Shown in pieces: positions 35,547-49,657 of a DNA stretch of 64,000 nucleotides. The stretch is from Carcharhinus longimanus (lineage: Eukaryota). Below the pieces are notes generated by a model, which was given only the letters and a program-made list of their open reading frames with translations, ran no database searches and was not told where the DNA came from. How positions within the stretch are numbered: the first letter of the stretch is position 1; each line of letters starts with the position of its first letter. The translations under genes were made by a program, and so were the position numbers. The stretch spans positions 14,140,214-14,204,213 of the forward strand of contig JASCQW010000156.1 in the NCBI GenBank assembly GCA_030264375.1, in the 5' to 3' direction.

Positions 35547-37979
35547 CATAATGAGCTTTGTATTGCAGCCTAACTCTTTGCTGAATGACTTAACTGCATC
35601 TTTTTCACATTTACATCTGGATTTTGCACTTGGTTTAATGAAATGGCTATATTATGAATCTTGCTATTCTGCATATGCACAGACTGAAACAGTTTAAACA
35701 GTGCACATGAATCAAGAGCTGAAGAAACAACAGTACTTTGTAATGTCAATATCAGTCACTGCCCTGATGTTGCTCAGTAGTTAGGAGGACTTTTTTTTAA
35801 AAAATCCTCTGGAATATCCATGTTATTTAGTTTCCAAGTATTGTTGGATATAAGATATCTGCATCTTAAGAAATGGTGGAACAAGAGATGGTAAAACCAG
35901 TTCTGACCAAACTCAATCCCATCCTTACTTACCGATGCACTTTCCAATAGGAGTGAGAGATAAACCAAAATCATAGCTAATTTTTATCCTTTGCCTTGTG
36001 CAGGAGTTATAACAACAATGCCGCTCTGGCTGAAACTGCTGAAATTTGTGATCAAATTTGGGTATTTCTCTCTGACACATGTCAGATGATACTCCTTTTT
36101 CCTCCTTTAGACATCAAATGAGGGATATTTTTGTTGAGTTTATTTTCCCCATGTTAGAACTTTCCTTTGGCTATAACAGTCCCTGGTAGCCTTTCATAAT
36201 TTCTAAATCCTCAAAATGAGACAGTCTGCTTCAACTGAAGTCTAAGATTTGCTGATTTAAGACATTTACTCTCTGTGCATCTGTTCCCTTTTTAGATAAA
36301 TTTTGGCTTGAAAGCAGAAATGGCATGGACATTAGGATTGTGTTGTATTATCTTAGCCCCATGTCAGTCTCTTTCTAAACTCAAGTAAGTTTGTTATTGT
36401 TGAGTTAATCTGGTTCTAATCAGGAGTTATAAATTTATAGCTTTTCCTGATAGATCAGAGTAGAACAATGATCATGTACTTGCCTTTCCTGATGTTTCCT
36501 GCTGGTTTAATATGTTGCATTGCATCCATATATTAAATATTCAGAATAAAAGCTTTGGAAAGCATACCCACTCTTGATTGTTCTAATCTAGTTCATTTGG
36601 CTAGTTTGCCCCATAATAAGTAAATATTGAATCTATTTATTACTCATGAATCTTAATGCATTTAATTAAACAGGTTGAAATATTCACTCCTACAATTCAA
36701 GCCATCACTTAGAGTAGTGGTTGAGTAAACACTACCATTCTTGTCATGTCACTTGCAAAGATAATCAAATGTGACAAACCATACTGCATGACTATAAATT
36801 TTAAAGGATACTGTTGATAGAGGTAAAAACAATTACAAAATTGCACAAGCATTTATGAAACCAGTATGTTTTGTTTTCCTGTCTGAGGTTGTATTAGCAG
36901 CAGGATGTGGGCAGTTGAAGGCCACATGGGGGTCAAAGGAACAAGATTATTACATTGAATGCAGGAGAGAAACCTATTGGTACTGTTTTGATTAGTCCAG
37001 GAATGCAATCAGGATTACGCCCTGTATCAAGAAAAGCAATGGGCAGATTCTTATAAAATACATGAGATTTTATGTATCTCATGTGTATATATAAGAGGGA
37101 CTTATAGACCTTAGCAAGTGTGTAACTTATAATTAGAATTAAATGAAATATCAGGTTGTAACCTGGAGTTTGGAACTATTGTTGGCTGTTCAATGCATAA
37201 CTATTACATAATGGTAAGGAGAGAGTTTCGTTAAGTGTACATGTTTGGGATCAATATTAGAAAAATTTAAAGTACAGAGGGCTTTAATGACGCTAAATTA
37301 GATGAATGGTGAATTCAGGAATCCTCTCCACTTTATTAATTCCTGATGAGAAAACGTTAACCTTTGTGCTCATCGTTATTGTTCACAATGAAAAATGGTT
37401 AAAAGTAACGGGAAATGTTTTTAAATGATCTACTGTAGAAGATTCTTTAGAATCGCACTGCTGTCAGCTTAGATGTGGAACTGCTAACTTGTGGGGAATC
37501 TATGACAGTTTTATTCCTTTATGGCTTTTCATGCTTGTCTGTTTGAATTATTCTGTTTTTATAGTGCAGTGCTATATTGTGTTTTTCTAAAATTCTTTAA
37601 AAGTATACATCGGCTTTGTTTGAGTTCAGTGCTTTCGGATCCAAATCTATTGTGCTATTCTTCATTATGTGTTCATTTTAAACAAAAAAAAACTGAAATA
37701 GCACTAGAAACAAGCAGTTAACAAATATTCCAAAACTTTTCAACAACTTGGTTCCATCGAATAACCAGTTTGGATGGGATTGAAACCAGAATGAACATCA
37801 ACCCAGAACAAAGGTGGCAGTGTGAATGAGCCCCCTGTACTGGAATCAAAAGTCGTGCCTTTGCCCAGAGGTTTCGTATTGGTATAATAGCAGTATTGTA
37901 CAACATGCATGGTTGGAGACAAGATTTTTTTTCTAGCCACACATGTGATGCTGTGATGCTTTAAATTTACTTGTATTAA

Positions 37980-38310
37980 AGGAGATGGTGGCATAGTGGT
38001 AATGTCACTGAACTAGTAATCTGGAGGCTAGGCCCTGGGGACATGGTTCAAATCCCACAATGGCAGCTTGTGGAATTTGAATTCAATTAATAAATATGGA
38101 ATTAAAAGCTATCTCAGTAATGGTGACCATGAAAATGACCATCAATTGTTGTAAAACCCCATCAGCTTCATTACTGTCTGCCATCCTTGGCCAGTCTGGT
38201 CTACATGTGACTGCACACTCATAGCCCCTGAAATGGCCAAGCAAAGCCACTCATTTCAAGGACAATTAGGCATCGGGAACAAAAGCCTCTAGTGACACCC
38301 ATAAAGAAAA
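37980..38310 (+). mobile_element. tRNA-derived SINE with L2-like tail (second SINE family)
   Basis: A box tggcatagtggtaatg, B box ggttcaaatccc; body gaatttgaattc...tgaccat...ctacatgtga shared with the copy at 53732-53990. Confidence 0.7.
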
Positions 38311-39994
38311 GAAACCACTCACCAGTGCACTTGGTCTCAAAATGGGAGAACTCTGCCCCTAGTAACTAGATGGGTATTGGGCGAGGACAGGATTGAGCTC
38401 AGATATGGTTTTTGCTCCCCTCTCCCTTATAGCTTGCCAAAAACATTCTTTAAACTTGCACATAGAGATTGGTTCACTTGGATGGGACACCAGAGATTTT
38501 AGCTTGAGTACATGCTTTCAAGAGGAAAGGGGTAAATGGGGGCCATATGCAAGTATGTATAAGGGCAATTTATTAAATAAAGGAGGATAAAGTTGCCACT
38601 ATTAAGTTTGGCAGCGAGATGTGCAGTTTCTTAGTTTGCCAAACCACTATTCAAACTTAATGTTGCAATGTTTAAAAGGGGACAGTATCTCTTTTGTTAG
38701 TTGAAGTTGGATTTTAAAAATCCTCCAGAAATCAAATCAACATAGTTTTCTTTTGCAATGAATTTAAGGTTTGTCAAATAAGCAGGCTGCAAACTTTAAA
38801 CTCAACTTTGAATTTTGATTGGATAAATGGCACAACACATGGATTTTATAGTTTAATTCGTTTAAAAAATTTATTTTTAAAGTACAAGTGCATTTATTGG
38901 AACAATGCAGTGTTGAATAACTGATTTTAAAATGACCGAAGTCAGCTCTTTCTTTAGTAGTTAGTAATTTGACAAGAAAGATAATAGAATAGGGCCAGAA
39001 AACATCTGTCCAAATGTTTAGTCTTTTACGGCATATTTATTGTAGGTTGACAAGTTAATTTTATGATGTATACATAATCTGGGAGGCAAATAGCTATATC
39101 ATATATGGGCTATTTTCAATATTTACCATAAAAATACAAATTCCATTCTTTTTTGATGGATGTATAGTATTACACTTAGTCCCAGTAAGCAGTGCTTTGG
39201 CGAAGTATTGCTCTTGCCATTTAGGACTTAGTGACTTAGTGAATATGATTGGGTTTAGTGAATGGATTTTTGTGCTAAGTTTAAGAAATGGGACTGCATT
39301 GTGTGTGCATGTACTTCCAGAAAGAAAGTTGGCTGGCAGCCCACTTGCTCTATGTATGCCCATTGATATTGCAGATGGGCTATATTAGCCAACAGTGGGA
39401 CTTTCATTCCTCACTGGGGAGGAAGTCCATACTTATGAGATCTACCAGCCAGTGCCAAGAGCCCAGTAGCGGGCACTGCCAGGACTGCAGCCATTCCCAA
39501 AAAAGACAGAGAGGTAATTCCGGCGCATTGGATAAGGAGAGTTTGGCCAGCCTTGGGGAGGTGGGTGGGGCTCAGTGGTTATGGGGAAGTGGGCTTTGGA
39601 GAGAAGGTGGGAGGGGCTACCTTTTGGGTGATGCACAAAGACCACTCTCCAAAAAGAGTACCCTTCTTTCTTCCCAACCTTCTAAAAACGTTTTAAAAAA
39701 ACAGCCTGCCTACTCCCTCCTGCCTATTGCATTAAGACCTGGACATTGAGGTCAACTGAGCTTATTACCAAACTCAGTAGATTCTTAATTTTTTTTAAAA
39801 CATGGGTTTGTGGCATGTCAGTTTTTGTGCCTGTTTTATACAAATGAACTTGGAGGTGGGTGGGAAGGTTGTGTGCTAGGCACCCACCTATTTTCAGTGA
39901 AGGAAAAGAAATCTCGAGAGACTGANNNNNNNNNNNNNNNNNNNNNNNNNNNNNNNNNNNAATTAAGTAAAACAACATTGGTCATTTTCTTCAA

Positions 39995-40147
39995 CAAAAC
40001 TAAAAGACTGCAGGTGCTGGAAATCTGAAACAAAATATTGGAAATATTCAGCAGGTCAGGCAGCATCTGTGAAGCAAAAAAGATGTTGCTTTTCTCCACA
40101 GACGTCATTTGACCTGCTGAGTGTCTTCAGCATTTTCTGTTTTTAGT
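39995..40147. repeat. Self-inverted short repeat, probably Penelope-like derived
   Basis: cagcaggtcaggcagcatctgtg ... cacagacgtcatttgacctgctg form inverted arms; related pieces at 1428-1490, 50640-50920 and 59870-59990. Confidence 0.55.
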
Positions 40148-43100
40148 TCCACTCATTTGCTTTCTTTAAGTATTGTTTGAAGTTTTTCAGCGATGTTGAT
40201 AAGGTCTTCAAACCCATTCCTGTATCAGCTGCCATTAACTACATTTAACTTATTATTAAGGATTTGTTCAAATATTAAAAAAACTGATCCTGAATAGGAA
40301 ACCACACATTAAAAAAAACAAACTGCAAAGTCAGAGAAGTTTTATGATTCCGCTCACAATATTAACTTGATTCCAACAAGTCCATCTCCTTTAACAAGTA
40401 GAGTATTACCTTAAGGGACTTGCCATTGATGCATTCATTTAAAATTAATTGATGGAATTGGGTATGTATATTCATTCCAGTGCTGTACTGGACTAGATTA
40501 AATTTCTTGATATTTTTCATCTCACTCTCTTGCAGCCAGGTAACTAATGTCTGCTCAAGTTTCATCAACAACAAAGCATATTGGGGCATGTGCTAACATG
40601 CACATACCATATGACTCTCTACATTGATCTCATTAATCTTAATCCAAATCATCTTGATCCAAACTCAGCAGATTATTTTGAGATAATGTTGACTGCAGAA
40701 ATGTCTGTTGCAGATTGGCCATCTGAACTAAGGAAGGCATATGCTTTAAAAGATATAATTGAAACTCATCTTCCTTTGAGGCAAAACGATGTTTGGACAG
40801 GAACCATGATGTATTTTAGCTATTGCCCATAGTGCTATAATATCAAAAGATGAGGTGTCAGAGAGAGCATACAAACCTTGGACACCTCATCTGCTCAACG
40901 TTTCAATTATCACCGGAGGCTGCAGATTGCGCTTTGGATTTATCAACTATCTCAGAACCTATTGAACTGGAGTGAAAGCAAGTCATCTTCGTTTTTTTTT
41001 AAGAAACTGCCCAGGAAAAAGAAAATGGATAGAGCCAAATATTTATCTTTTTAAATTTAAAGCTATATCTAGGTGGAAAAACAAATACTATGTTTTTTAG
41101 GGAAAGGTGAGATTGGTTGGAATTTATTGTAACACAAACTTCAACAAAGATTGCAGACTTAGTGATTTTATGAGATTTTAAAAGTATTTGTAAATTCAAG
41201 CCTCCTGCAACAGCCCTCACTCTCATCTCCCAATTGGCAATGTAGCTGCTTTCTGAGCTATCTAGACCAGGGTATTTTGGCTCTGATCCTTGATCTATGC
41301 TGCATTACCTGATCCCAATTGAGGTGCGCAAGAGAGAGTACACTGCCGTTGGCCTCAGAATCTGTAAGCTAACAAAGGGTGTGCTAGTCAGAATGCTGCT
41401 CTTTTATGATTAGCCAACTACTTCAGTTCCAAATGTTGGGTGAAGGACGATATGTCTTGAATGCAAAGCACCTTACTTTCAGATATCTCGCTGGTCACCT
41501 TTTGGGATATATTTGAGAAGTTGTCACTTGGACAAGATGCTGGAGGGTTTTTGACATAAATCATGGAATTATATCACAAGCCTTAGTCAACACCTTCAAG
41601 ATAAAAACAGCAAAAAGTGTTAATATGTTTTGAAACAAAGCACGTTCACCCTGAGTAATTGTTTTATGTTAATTTTTTTTCAAACTGTATTCAATAGTTT
41701 GTCCCCCAAAGTATTGTCTGGTTTGTTCATAGGATGTAAATTGTGTTAATAGGGTAAAGAACAGGACATTGAAGCTGCTCTGTTTACCAGATGTGAAGAG
41801 TAAAATGGCAGAAAACCATTTGTGTAAAGAATTTATTGCTCAGCTTAAAGTAGATTTATTGTGAGCCTGGTAGTAGTCTTTGTAGTGATGCTGGTGCAAA
41901 GTGGGGGAGGGACTTTTTGAAGCATTAAAGATACTACATTCAAATTTGTGGCAGTTTATGAATATCCTGGAGAACTTGGGTGTGGGACCCTTTAATTTGG
42001 TAGCCAAGCTACAAGGGCTATGAAGTGGGCCAATATCTTCTACCAGATGACTATTTCCATTTAAGATTAAAATTTTAAAAAGTCAGTAGAAATGTTTGAC
42101 CAGTGGTGGACTTCATAGAGAATCTTGTTTTTTTTATCTCACGTAAATATGAACTAATGATCAGAAGTATAATTGATTTAGAGGAAAGGAATAGTTGAGG
42201 GGTCATAATATTATGAATATATAAAAAAAGAAAAAGACGTGTTTACAAGTTCAAGTTTAGCACTTACCCATTTACAAAATACAAGATTAGAAATATACAA
42301 AACACATTTTTGAAGTGAAAAAGAGTTTGATTATCATTTATGTTTTGGTATCTTGTTGCATTAAATATATATATAAAATGATTTGTGACAAGAAATAATG
42401 GAAGAGTAATAAGAACAATTCAAGAGTTTGAGCATTTCAGAGGTATGAAATTAGCACAGAAATTTGATGTATAGCATGTTATAAAAATATTTCAGTGGTA
42501 ACTTTTTTAGTGTGAGCAACCATTGATTTAGAAGTAGTTTCAACTCTTCGATGGCTCTAGATTTGCATTAAGAGTTTTAAAGTAGTCCTCTGCTCTCCCC
42601 CACCCCCACTCTTTCATGGTCATGTTAAATTCTCTCCTTTTCTGGTCATCACAAAAACATTGTGACTGTAATCATTAAGGACATTGAGGAAATTAAAACT
42701 AACCATCCCTGATGATCACTTTTCAAGATGGCAATTAAAGCTTGAACGAATTATAGAAAAGGGGCCAGACAGGATTTTTACAGCTGCATGGTGACTCTCT
42801 TTAATTCCTTCTCCCTTCACAGCTGGGGGCCAAATATTTGGATTTTTTTGTGTCTCTTTTGGGGTTGATGGTAAAGTTATAAAGTTGCCAGTAAACTTTT
42901 AAAAGGCAGATTCAGCATTACTTTCTACTTTAGCTCAAACATTGAATCCCTAGGTTTATGGGTTTGAAGAGTATATATTCTTGACATGAATAGATTTTGC
43001 TTGTGGCTCTCCCTCATTTTGTGGTAATCTAATTTGTAGTTTTTTTAAAAAACTAATGACTTAATGATGGCAATGATTGGTTGAAGGATCTTCATCTAAA

Positions 43101-44592
43101 AACGGTGAAGGAAATTATGTTTTGGAATACATGTGTAGCAATAATATAAAACCAACACTAGTAAAAAGTCACTCATTGGAATTGGAAGATAGATCACTTT
43201 TAAATTCTGAAACTTGAACATAGGAAATGTAGTACCATTTAAAGTAGAAAAAAAACTTAGAAATGGGAATGTTAGATTTGTTTTTCCCATCGAGGCACTG
43301 ATAGTGTACTGCTAGTTGCCTTATGGGGTCATGAGGTCAGATTCAGAAGTTAGAAAGTCCACAGTCACTAGGGACTTTACCATCTGGTGGTCATAAAACA
43401 GGTAATGGTCAAAGTTTCCTTTTTTTGGAGGGGGGAAGAGGCGGGGAAGGAAGACATGGTCCAGACTGTTGAAGTGAGGCCATGCCCTGAAGCAGACAGT
43501 GTTATGGCCATACTTTTTTTCTGCTTGTGTGTCTGCTGAAGGGTCAAAAGTTCAGGCTGTCCAATTTGGAGATAGAAGCAGGCAGGAGGGCTGGAATGCA
43601 AAGCTGTAAAACTGCTTCTCCCTGCCACTCCCCCTTTCCCTTACTACCCGCCTCTCTGCCTCCACATGCTGAGAGAGGGATCAGCTGTATTCCAAGCTAT
43701 CTGCACGAAGACTGTCATTGTCTTTTACTCTGCCAGTCCTGATTATTTGTTCCTTTGAGAGGTTAAAACCCCTAGTGGGGAGCTTTTAAATCTGCCATTG
43801 ACAGTAAAAACAAAATGACTCCTTTCCATGGATTAAGTATTCTGCTTTTAAATAACAATCAGTCACTTATTTATAATAAAACTCAGTAAATAAGGAGTCA
43901 CAATTTGACCCAATTATGCGTATTGAATTTCCCCTGCAAATAACAAGTTGGTCTGTTAGACTAACTGCGATCTAGAACGTTTATTATATGATGTGCTTTT
44001 AATNNNNNNNNNNNNNNNNNNNNNNNNNNNNNNNNNNNNNNNNNNNNNNNNNNNNNNNNNNNNNNNNNNNNNNNNNNNNNNNNNNNNNNNNNNNNNNNNN
44101 NNNATGTGCTTTTAATTTGGATCATTAAAGCTTTATCTACTCTTTTATTATAACACATTTATTTAGAGTTTCTATATTCATAAGTAAATGTCTGCATGTA
44201 GTATTATATATTGTGAAAGGAAATAATGGTTGAATCATTAAAGGGGCATCCTCAGTTGGTAAGTTCCTGACTTCAGTACGCTGAAAGGGAAGCAGTCAAT
44301 AGATATTAGATACTTTCTAAGAGTAAAGTGAAATCTGGGGCTACCACAAGGCCTTAAAGGAAAAATATACTTTACTGAAGTATCACAATTGTGGAATCCA
44401 TAGAATCCCTACAGTGCAGGAAGAGGTCAAACAGCCCATCAAGTCTACACTGACTCCGAAAGATCACTCCACCAATGTGGTTTGGTCAGCCCCGGCTCAC
44501 ACAGCTTTAGATTTGCTGGTGAGAGGTAGCCTAGAGACAGACATTTCGTGTCCACGTAAGATCCTGAAGTTCTACTATAGTGACATTATTAA

Positions 44593-44883
44593 TTAAAGTT
44601 TATTTATTAGTGTCACAAGTAGGCTTACATTAACATTGCAATAAAGTTACTGTGAAAATCCCCCCAGTTGTCACACTCCACCTTTTGGAGTACACTGAGG
44701 GAGAATTTAGCATGGCCAATGCATCCTGCACATCTCTCGGACTGTGGGAGGAAACCAGAGTAGCTGGAGGAAACTCATGCAGACACTAGGAGAATGTACA
44801 GACTCTGCATGAACAGTGACCCAAGCTGGGAATTGAACTCCAGTTCCTGGCGCTGTGCTAACCAGTGTGCCACTGTGCAGCCC
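44593..44883 (-). mobile_element. V-SINE variant with alternative 3' tail (...tgtgacactaataaataaacttt)
   Basis: V-domain (gactgtgggaggaaaccagag) and HE1-like head, but the tail matches the copies at 62895-63487. Confidence 0.8.
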
Positions 44884-45365
44884 TTGGAGTCCATGGGTTG
44901 TAAACTGCATTTCTTATTCATATTGTTTTGTCAAAATTGAAACTTGATGTTGTAATCGGGGGCATCTCTACACAAAATGTCATCTCAAGTCTGTCCTCTG
45001 CTAGAAACTCAACTGTGAAACTTTGCAGGTTTCAACTTTTGTAACATTTAGGATGATCACACAATTCAGTAAAATGTATGGTTCACTGTTTAACAAATTT
45101 TCTCCTAATTTTTTAATTCTATATTTTATAATTAAAATAAAGTTAATTGCACATATCACCTAATGATCTTTTTTAGTTTTTACCTGTAAAGTGGATGCAT
45201 TGGTTATTATTTTCCAAAATCCTCTATACTCTAGGATGGTTCCAGCTAACTTGTTAGTAAATGTAATGTTGCTGTTCGTGAAAGGTGAGTGGAGAAAACA
45301 GCCATTGGGAGAATTTTGGAATCTATTATTGAGGAAGCCTTAACAATGCACGTAGAAAGTCGTGG

Positions 45366-45759
45366 ACTGGATTTTTCTAGCCATTCCCACTAGGTGGATT
45401 TTCCAGTCCAGCCAATGCCAAACCTGGGTCTCTACTGACAGGNNNNNNNNNNNNNNNNNNNNNNNNNNNNNNNNNNNNNNNNNNNNNNNNNNNNNNNNNN
45501 NNNNNNNNNNNNNNNNNNNNNNNNNNNNNNNNNNNNNNNNNNNNNNNNNNNNNNNNNNNNNNNNNNNNNNNNNNNNNNNNNNNNNNNNNNNNNNNNNNNN
45601 NNNNNNNNNNNNNNNNNNNNNNNNNNNNNNNNNNNNNNNNNNNNNNNNNNNNNNNNNNNNNNNNNNNNNNNNNNNNNNNNNNCCTGTCAGTAGAGACCCA
45701 GGTTTGGCATTGGCTGGACTGGAAAATCCACCTAGTGGGAATGGCTAGAAAAATCCAGT
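45366..45759. repeat. Perfect 77-bp inverted repeat flanking a 240-N gap
   Basis: 45366-45442 is the exact reverse complement of 45683-45759. Confidence 0.95.
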
Positions 45760-48700
45760 ACCAATTTGCTTGGGAATACATTGCTTTAGCCGTTTTCCTT
45801 TTTGACATCAGACCTTTCTCAAGGTAGGTGGTACTGCCACTTGCCTCAAAATCTGACTTATCAGCTCATGTGAAAGATGAATCTGACATTGCTGGTTCCC
45901 GTAATATTTTGCACTTCTGAACCTCTTCCACCCACATTACACACTGTCCCATTGTACCTAAGCTCTGAAGAGATTTTAGCCTTTGGTTTTCATATCCCAT
46001 TACATTTACAGCCTGCATATCCTTCCCATCTTCATGCCAATCTCTCCACAGATATTAACACACAGAATATTTTTAATAAATTGTACTATCACTTGGCTCT
46101 TAGAATATTTCATCTAATATAGCAGCTTACTTTACCAGTGCAGCTCAAACTAGCCTGGTAGAAGGAGGTAATTGGAGTACTCAAATTTGGAATGGGCAAA
46201 TTATAACTGAGTTTTGAGCGTAGTTGATTTGAGTGGCAAGTTCAAATGATTTGGCAATCCAGTAAATTAGTCGAGTTATGATTGATGATAAGAGGAATAC
46301 ACAAATTGTTATCTGTTCACATGTGATATGAGATAGAGTCCATTGGTTCAAAAGGTCATAACCTTTTCTGGTCACTACAGTTTCTTGTAGGGGGTGGGAG
46401 TGGAATGGTTCAGCAACAATGGAGCTGTATATCACTTCAAAGCAGCAATGGCCTTATAACCCTTTTGCCTACTGTACTTCTACCTATATTTAAACATTGG
46501 GAATAACAAAACTTTTGGACATATACTAACATGTAGGGGAGAAAGCAAATTTAATTATATATTTCTATGAAAGCTTTGGTACTATCCAGATTGCTCTTTT
46601 GCCAGCCCTAAGATTTAATTCAGCTCTGATCATCCTTCGGGTAGTGATTACAACCCCCTACTGCGGAGCCTAAATCCTCAAAGCTATCGAGTGAGAAACA
46701 TCAAAAAGGTGCAAAGGCAAAAAAATATGGGATTCATTAAAGACCTAATTAGGCTTGGGGGGGAAAAAACATTTCCTGGGCCAATTATCAGAAAGGCAGT
46801 TGCACGCACTTCTGTTGCATAACTCCATTGCATATTAATGGTAACTTAACAATGTAGAGTGAATCAATGGGTTTTGAGTAGCTCAAACTATATCTGTATC
46901 CTTTTCCAAATGGCCCTATGTACAGGTTGATTGTGAGCAAAAAATCGCTAACAGAACGATTCATTGCTTTTATAGTTTAATTGAATTAAATAACCTGTTT
47001 ACAAAGTTATTCAAATTTCATTCGCTTGCAGTAGGCTGTATGTTCAGCAAAGATTAAGCAGAGTTTACCATTTGCAATACATATACAATATATTGTCTAC
47101 ATCCTTCAACTATAAAGTTCAAATTGCCATATACAGCAAGGATGTTCGCTGTATAATTTGGTTCATTTTATATTAAACAGACACCTAAAATATGGTGTGG
47201 AGAAAATACTATATGAAGACGATCCTTTGTTTTGTTCTAATCTTTGGTACCTGCACAAGTTTTGAAATCTGAGGTCTTCTGCCAAATTTATCATAAATAT
47301 TGTTGAATATACATCAAAGTAGAAAGCATGAAATCAGAAATGGCAGAGACTTCAATCCAAACTATGGAGCTGTAGGTGTGGCAAAATCAAGTATTCCTCA
47401 GTCATGCAAATGCAAAGGGTTTTGGAAGAATCTTGTATACTTTTATTGATATTTCAGGAAATAAACTAATGGTGTATTTTCCTTTTCTTCCATGTGCTGT
47501 CAATGTTTCCTTTGGTGTCTATACTCAGGTAAGCATTTCACTTTTTTGTTCTGGGTGCTCCAGATGTTACATTACAGAAGTGAGCTTCTGGAGTATTTTC
47601 TGTACAATAGTATTTGCACACAATTCTTCAATAGGCAGTATGTATAGAGATCAACAATTTAAGAAATATTTTGGCTGAATTCTCTGATGTCGCCACCACT
47701 GCCAGTGAGAAAGGAGAGTTTGGTGCTCAGTCTGCTTAAAATGACTGACTGGCTTCTGAAACAAAGTTTATTTCTCCATCCCCCATTAATATTCCTCCTG
47801 CCCCACTCTGCATTTGAAATTGATTGATTACATTCTAGGTAATCTCACAATTCAGTAAGCAGTTTGGAACTAATATTTGAACCTGGAAACATGATTCACA
47901 GCTGCAGCAGGACCTGCAAATTTTATCAATTTTCTGTTGTATAAATGGAGGCAACCATTGTGATCAATACCTTGCTTTTTGTTGCGTGTGTCAGTTGAGC
48001 ATCGTGTTTCTTTGGGGGTGGAGTTGAAATAATTTGAAAAGGGGAAAACAAACCAAAAAAAGCTCTGTTGTCTTTAAGTCATTCTTTTTGAGATTCCATT
48101 TGCTGTCCTGTGCACTGTTCTGAGTACCAGATGGTGTCTTTATTGCAGCTGTGCAGAGTGGACTGTCTCTGGTAATATATTGTGCATGAGATGAAGGGTT
48201 TAAACAAAAAAACGTAGTTTAAAACTGAGTGCTACATGTGGTGGAGAATGGGGCCCTGAATAGTCTCTAAATGATCATGTTTACTTTCAGAATTCAAACC
48301 ACAGCAGTTTTTAAAAATAAGTTATTGTGTAAATTTTTAGGAGCACCATATCCTGTAACATTGTGAGCTTTAAAACAAATTTTGTTTACAAAACAAGTAT
48401 GGAAATAATTTGGTACAAACGATACAGGGAAAAATAATGCCCCCATTTATGTTAGAAAACAGTCCCAAGGTGAATTCTGTTTCAGAATTCACTCAACCTG
48501 CTGCAACTTGTGCAAATTTTAAATAGTAGATTTTTTGGGGTGGGGTGAGGAGGGTGTGGAATGTGTCTGTTTCGGCGGTTTTCAGAAAGTCAAGAGGTGC
48601 CAGACGTGGTTTTAATCATTGTTTTCTCACACTCTAAATTATGTGAAAAATAAGTCTAATGTTAGCAGTTTTGTTTACCACCATTCTCACTATTGCAAGC

Positions 48701-48807
48701 CCATCCTGCTTTTCCCTATATCAGCAATGCATTTACTAATTCGATGCCTCCTCCGTAGTTGGAGTACAGCTTTGTGTGTGTTGTGTGGTGGGATAGGGAA
48801 AACACCA

Positions 48808-48943
48808 GGGGTGAGATTTTCCAGCCGTGCTTACTCCAAAGCTGGAAAATCCCACCCGAGGTTAACAGATCTTTGCATGGTTTCTTACACCCCACCCACC
48901 CGCTACGATTCCCTTGTCGAGCAGGACAGTAAAATTCCACCCT
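48808..48943. mobile_element. MITE-like palindromic element
   Basis: ggggtgagattttcc...ggaaaatcccaccc internal hairpin and terminal gtaaaattccaccc. Confidence 0.55.
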
Positions 48944-49657
48944 AGGATTTTACTATATTTTCTCTCTTTACATAAAAGCAAAGTAGGCTTTACAATATCA
49001 GCAGGTAACAGAATAAAGTCTTTGTACAGTCAGGAGCTGATAAAATCCCTGCATTGTAAATGAGAAATCTTACCTGCAAGATGGTGAAACCTCAAATGTA
49101 TTGAGTGGCTTTCAAAAGCAGCTTTGTACTGTAAATTGAATGGAAGAAAATACAAAGACAGACAGTGGTCTGTGGTCTCTGGTTTTGGATGAAACCATCA
49201 CTAGTGGTGTCTGGTTTTAATATGGTTGACTGTCTCCCACAACATTACAATAACTGTTTTTGGGTTTACCACTAGGTTTCTTTCTGTTCTTCCCCTCAAT
49301 CGCAGTCTCTCCTCTCTCTCATATATATATATATATATACACATACATATACTATAGCAGAAATTTTGAGATCACCCAAGCTTTGCATTAGTATGTTAAT
49401 TTAAGCTAAATTGTGATTTTATTTATATTTCTTTACAGAAAAAGATGCATTATATGTGTTGGAAATAATTGTTTGGCTGTAGAGAAAACTTTATTTTTTT
49501 TTGGTTTGGAACATTTTGAGTAAAGTGAACACAAATCTATAAGATAGAAATTGTTCGTTCTTCAATTAGTTGCAATACATTCGATTTTGTTCATTCATTT
49601 GATGTGGGCATTGCAAGCAAGGTCTGCATTTATTGCCTAACCCTGATCACCTTGAGA

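Noticed and set aside
39288-39749. 153-aa ORF
   Set aside because: No Ski or other domain similarity; lies in GC-rich decayed repeat-like sequence; no convincing splice sites.
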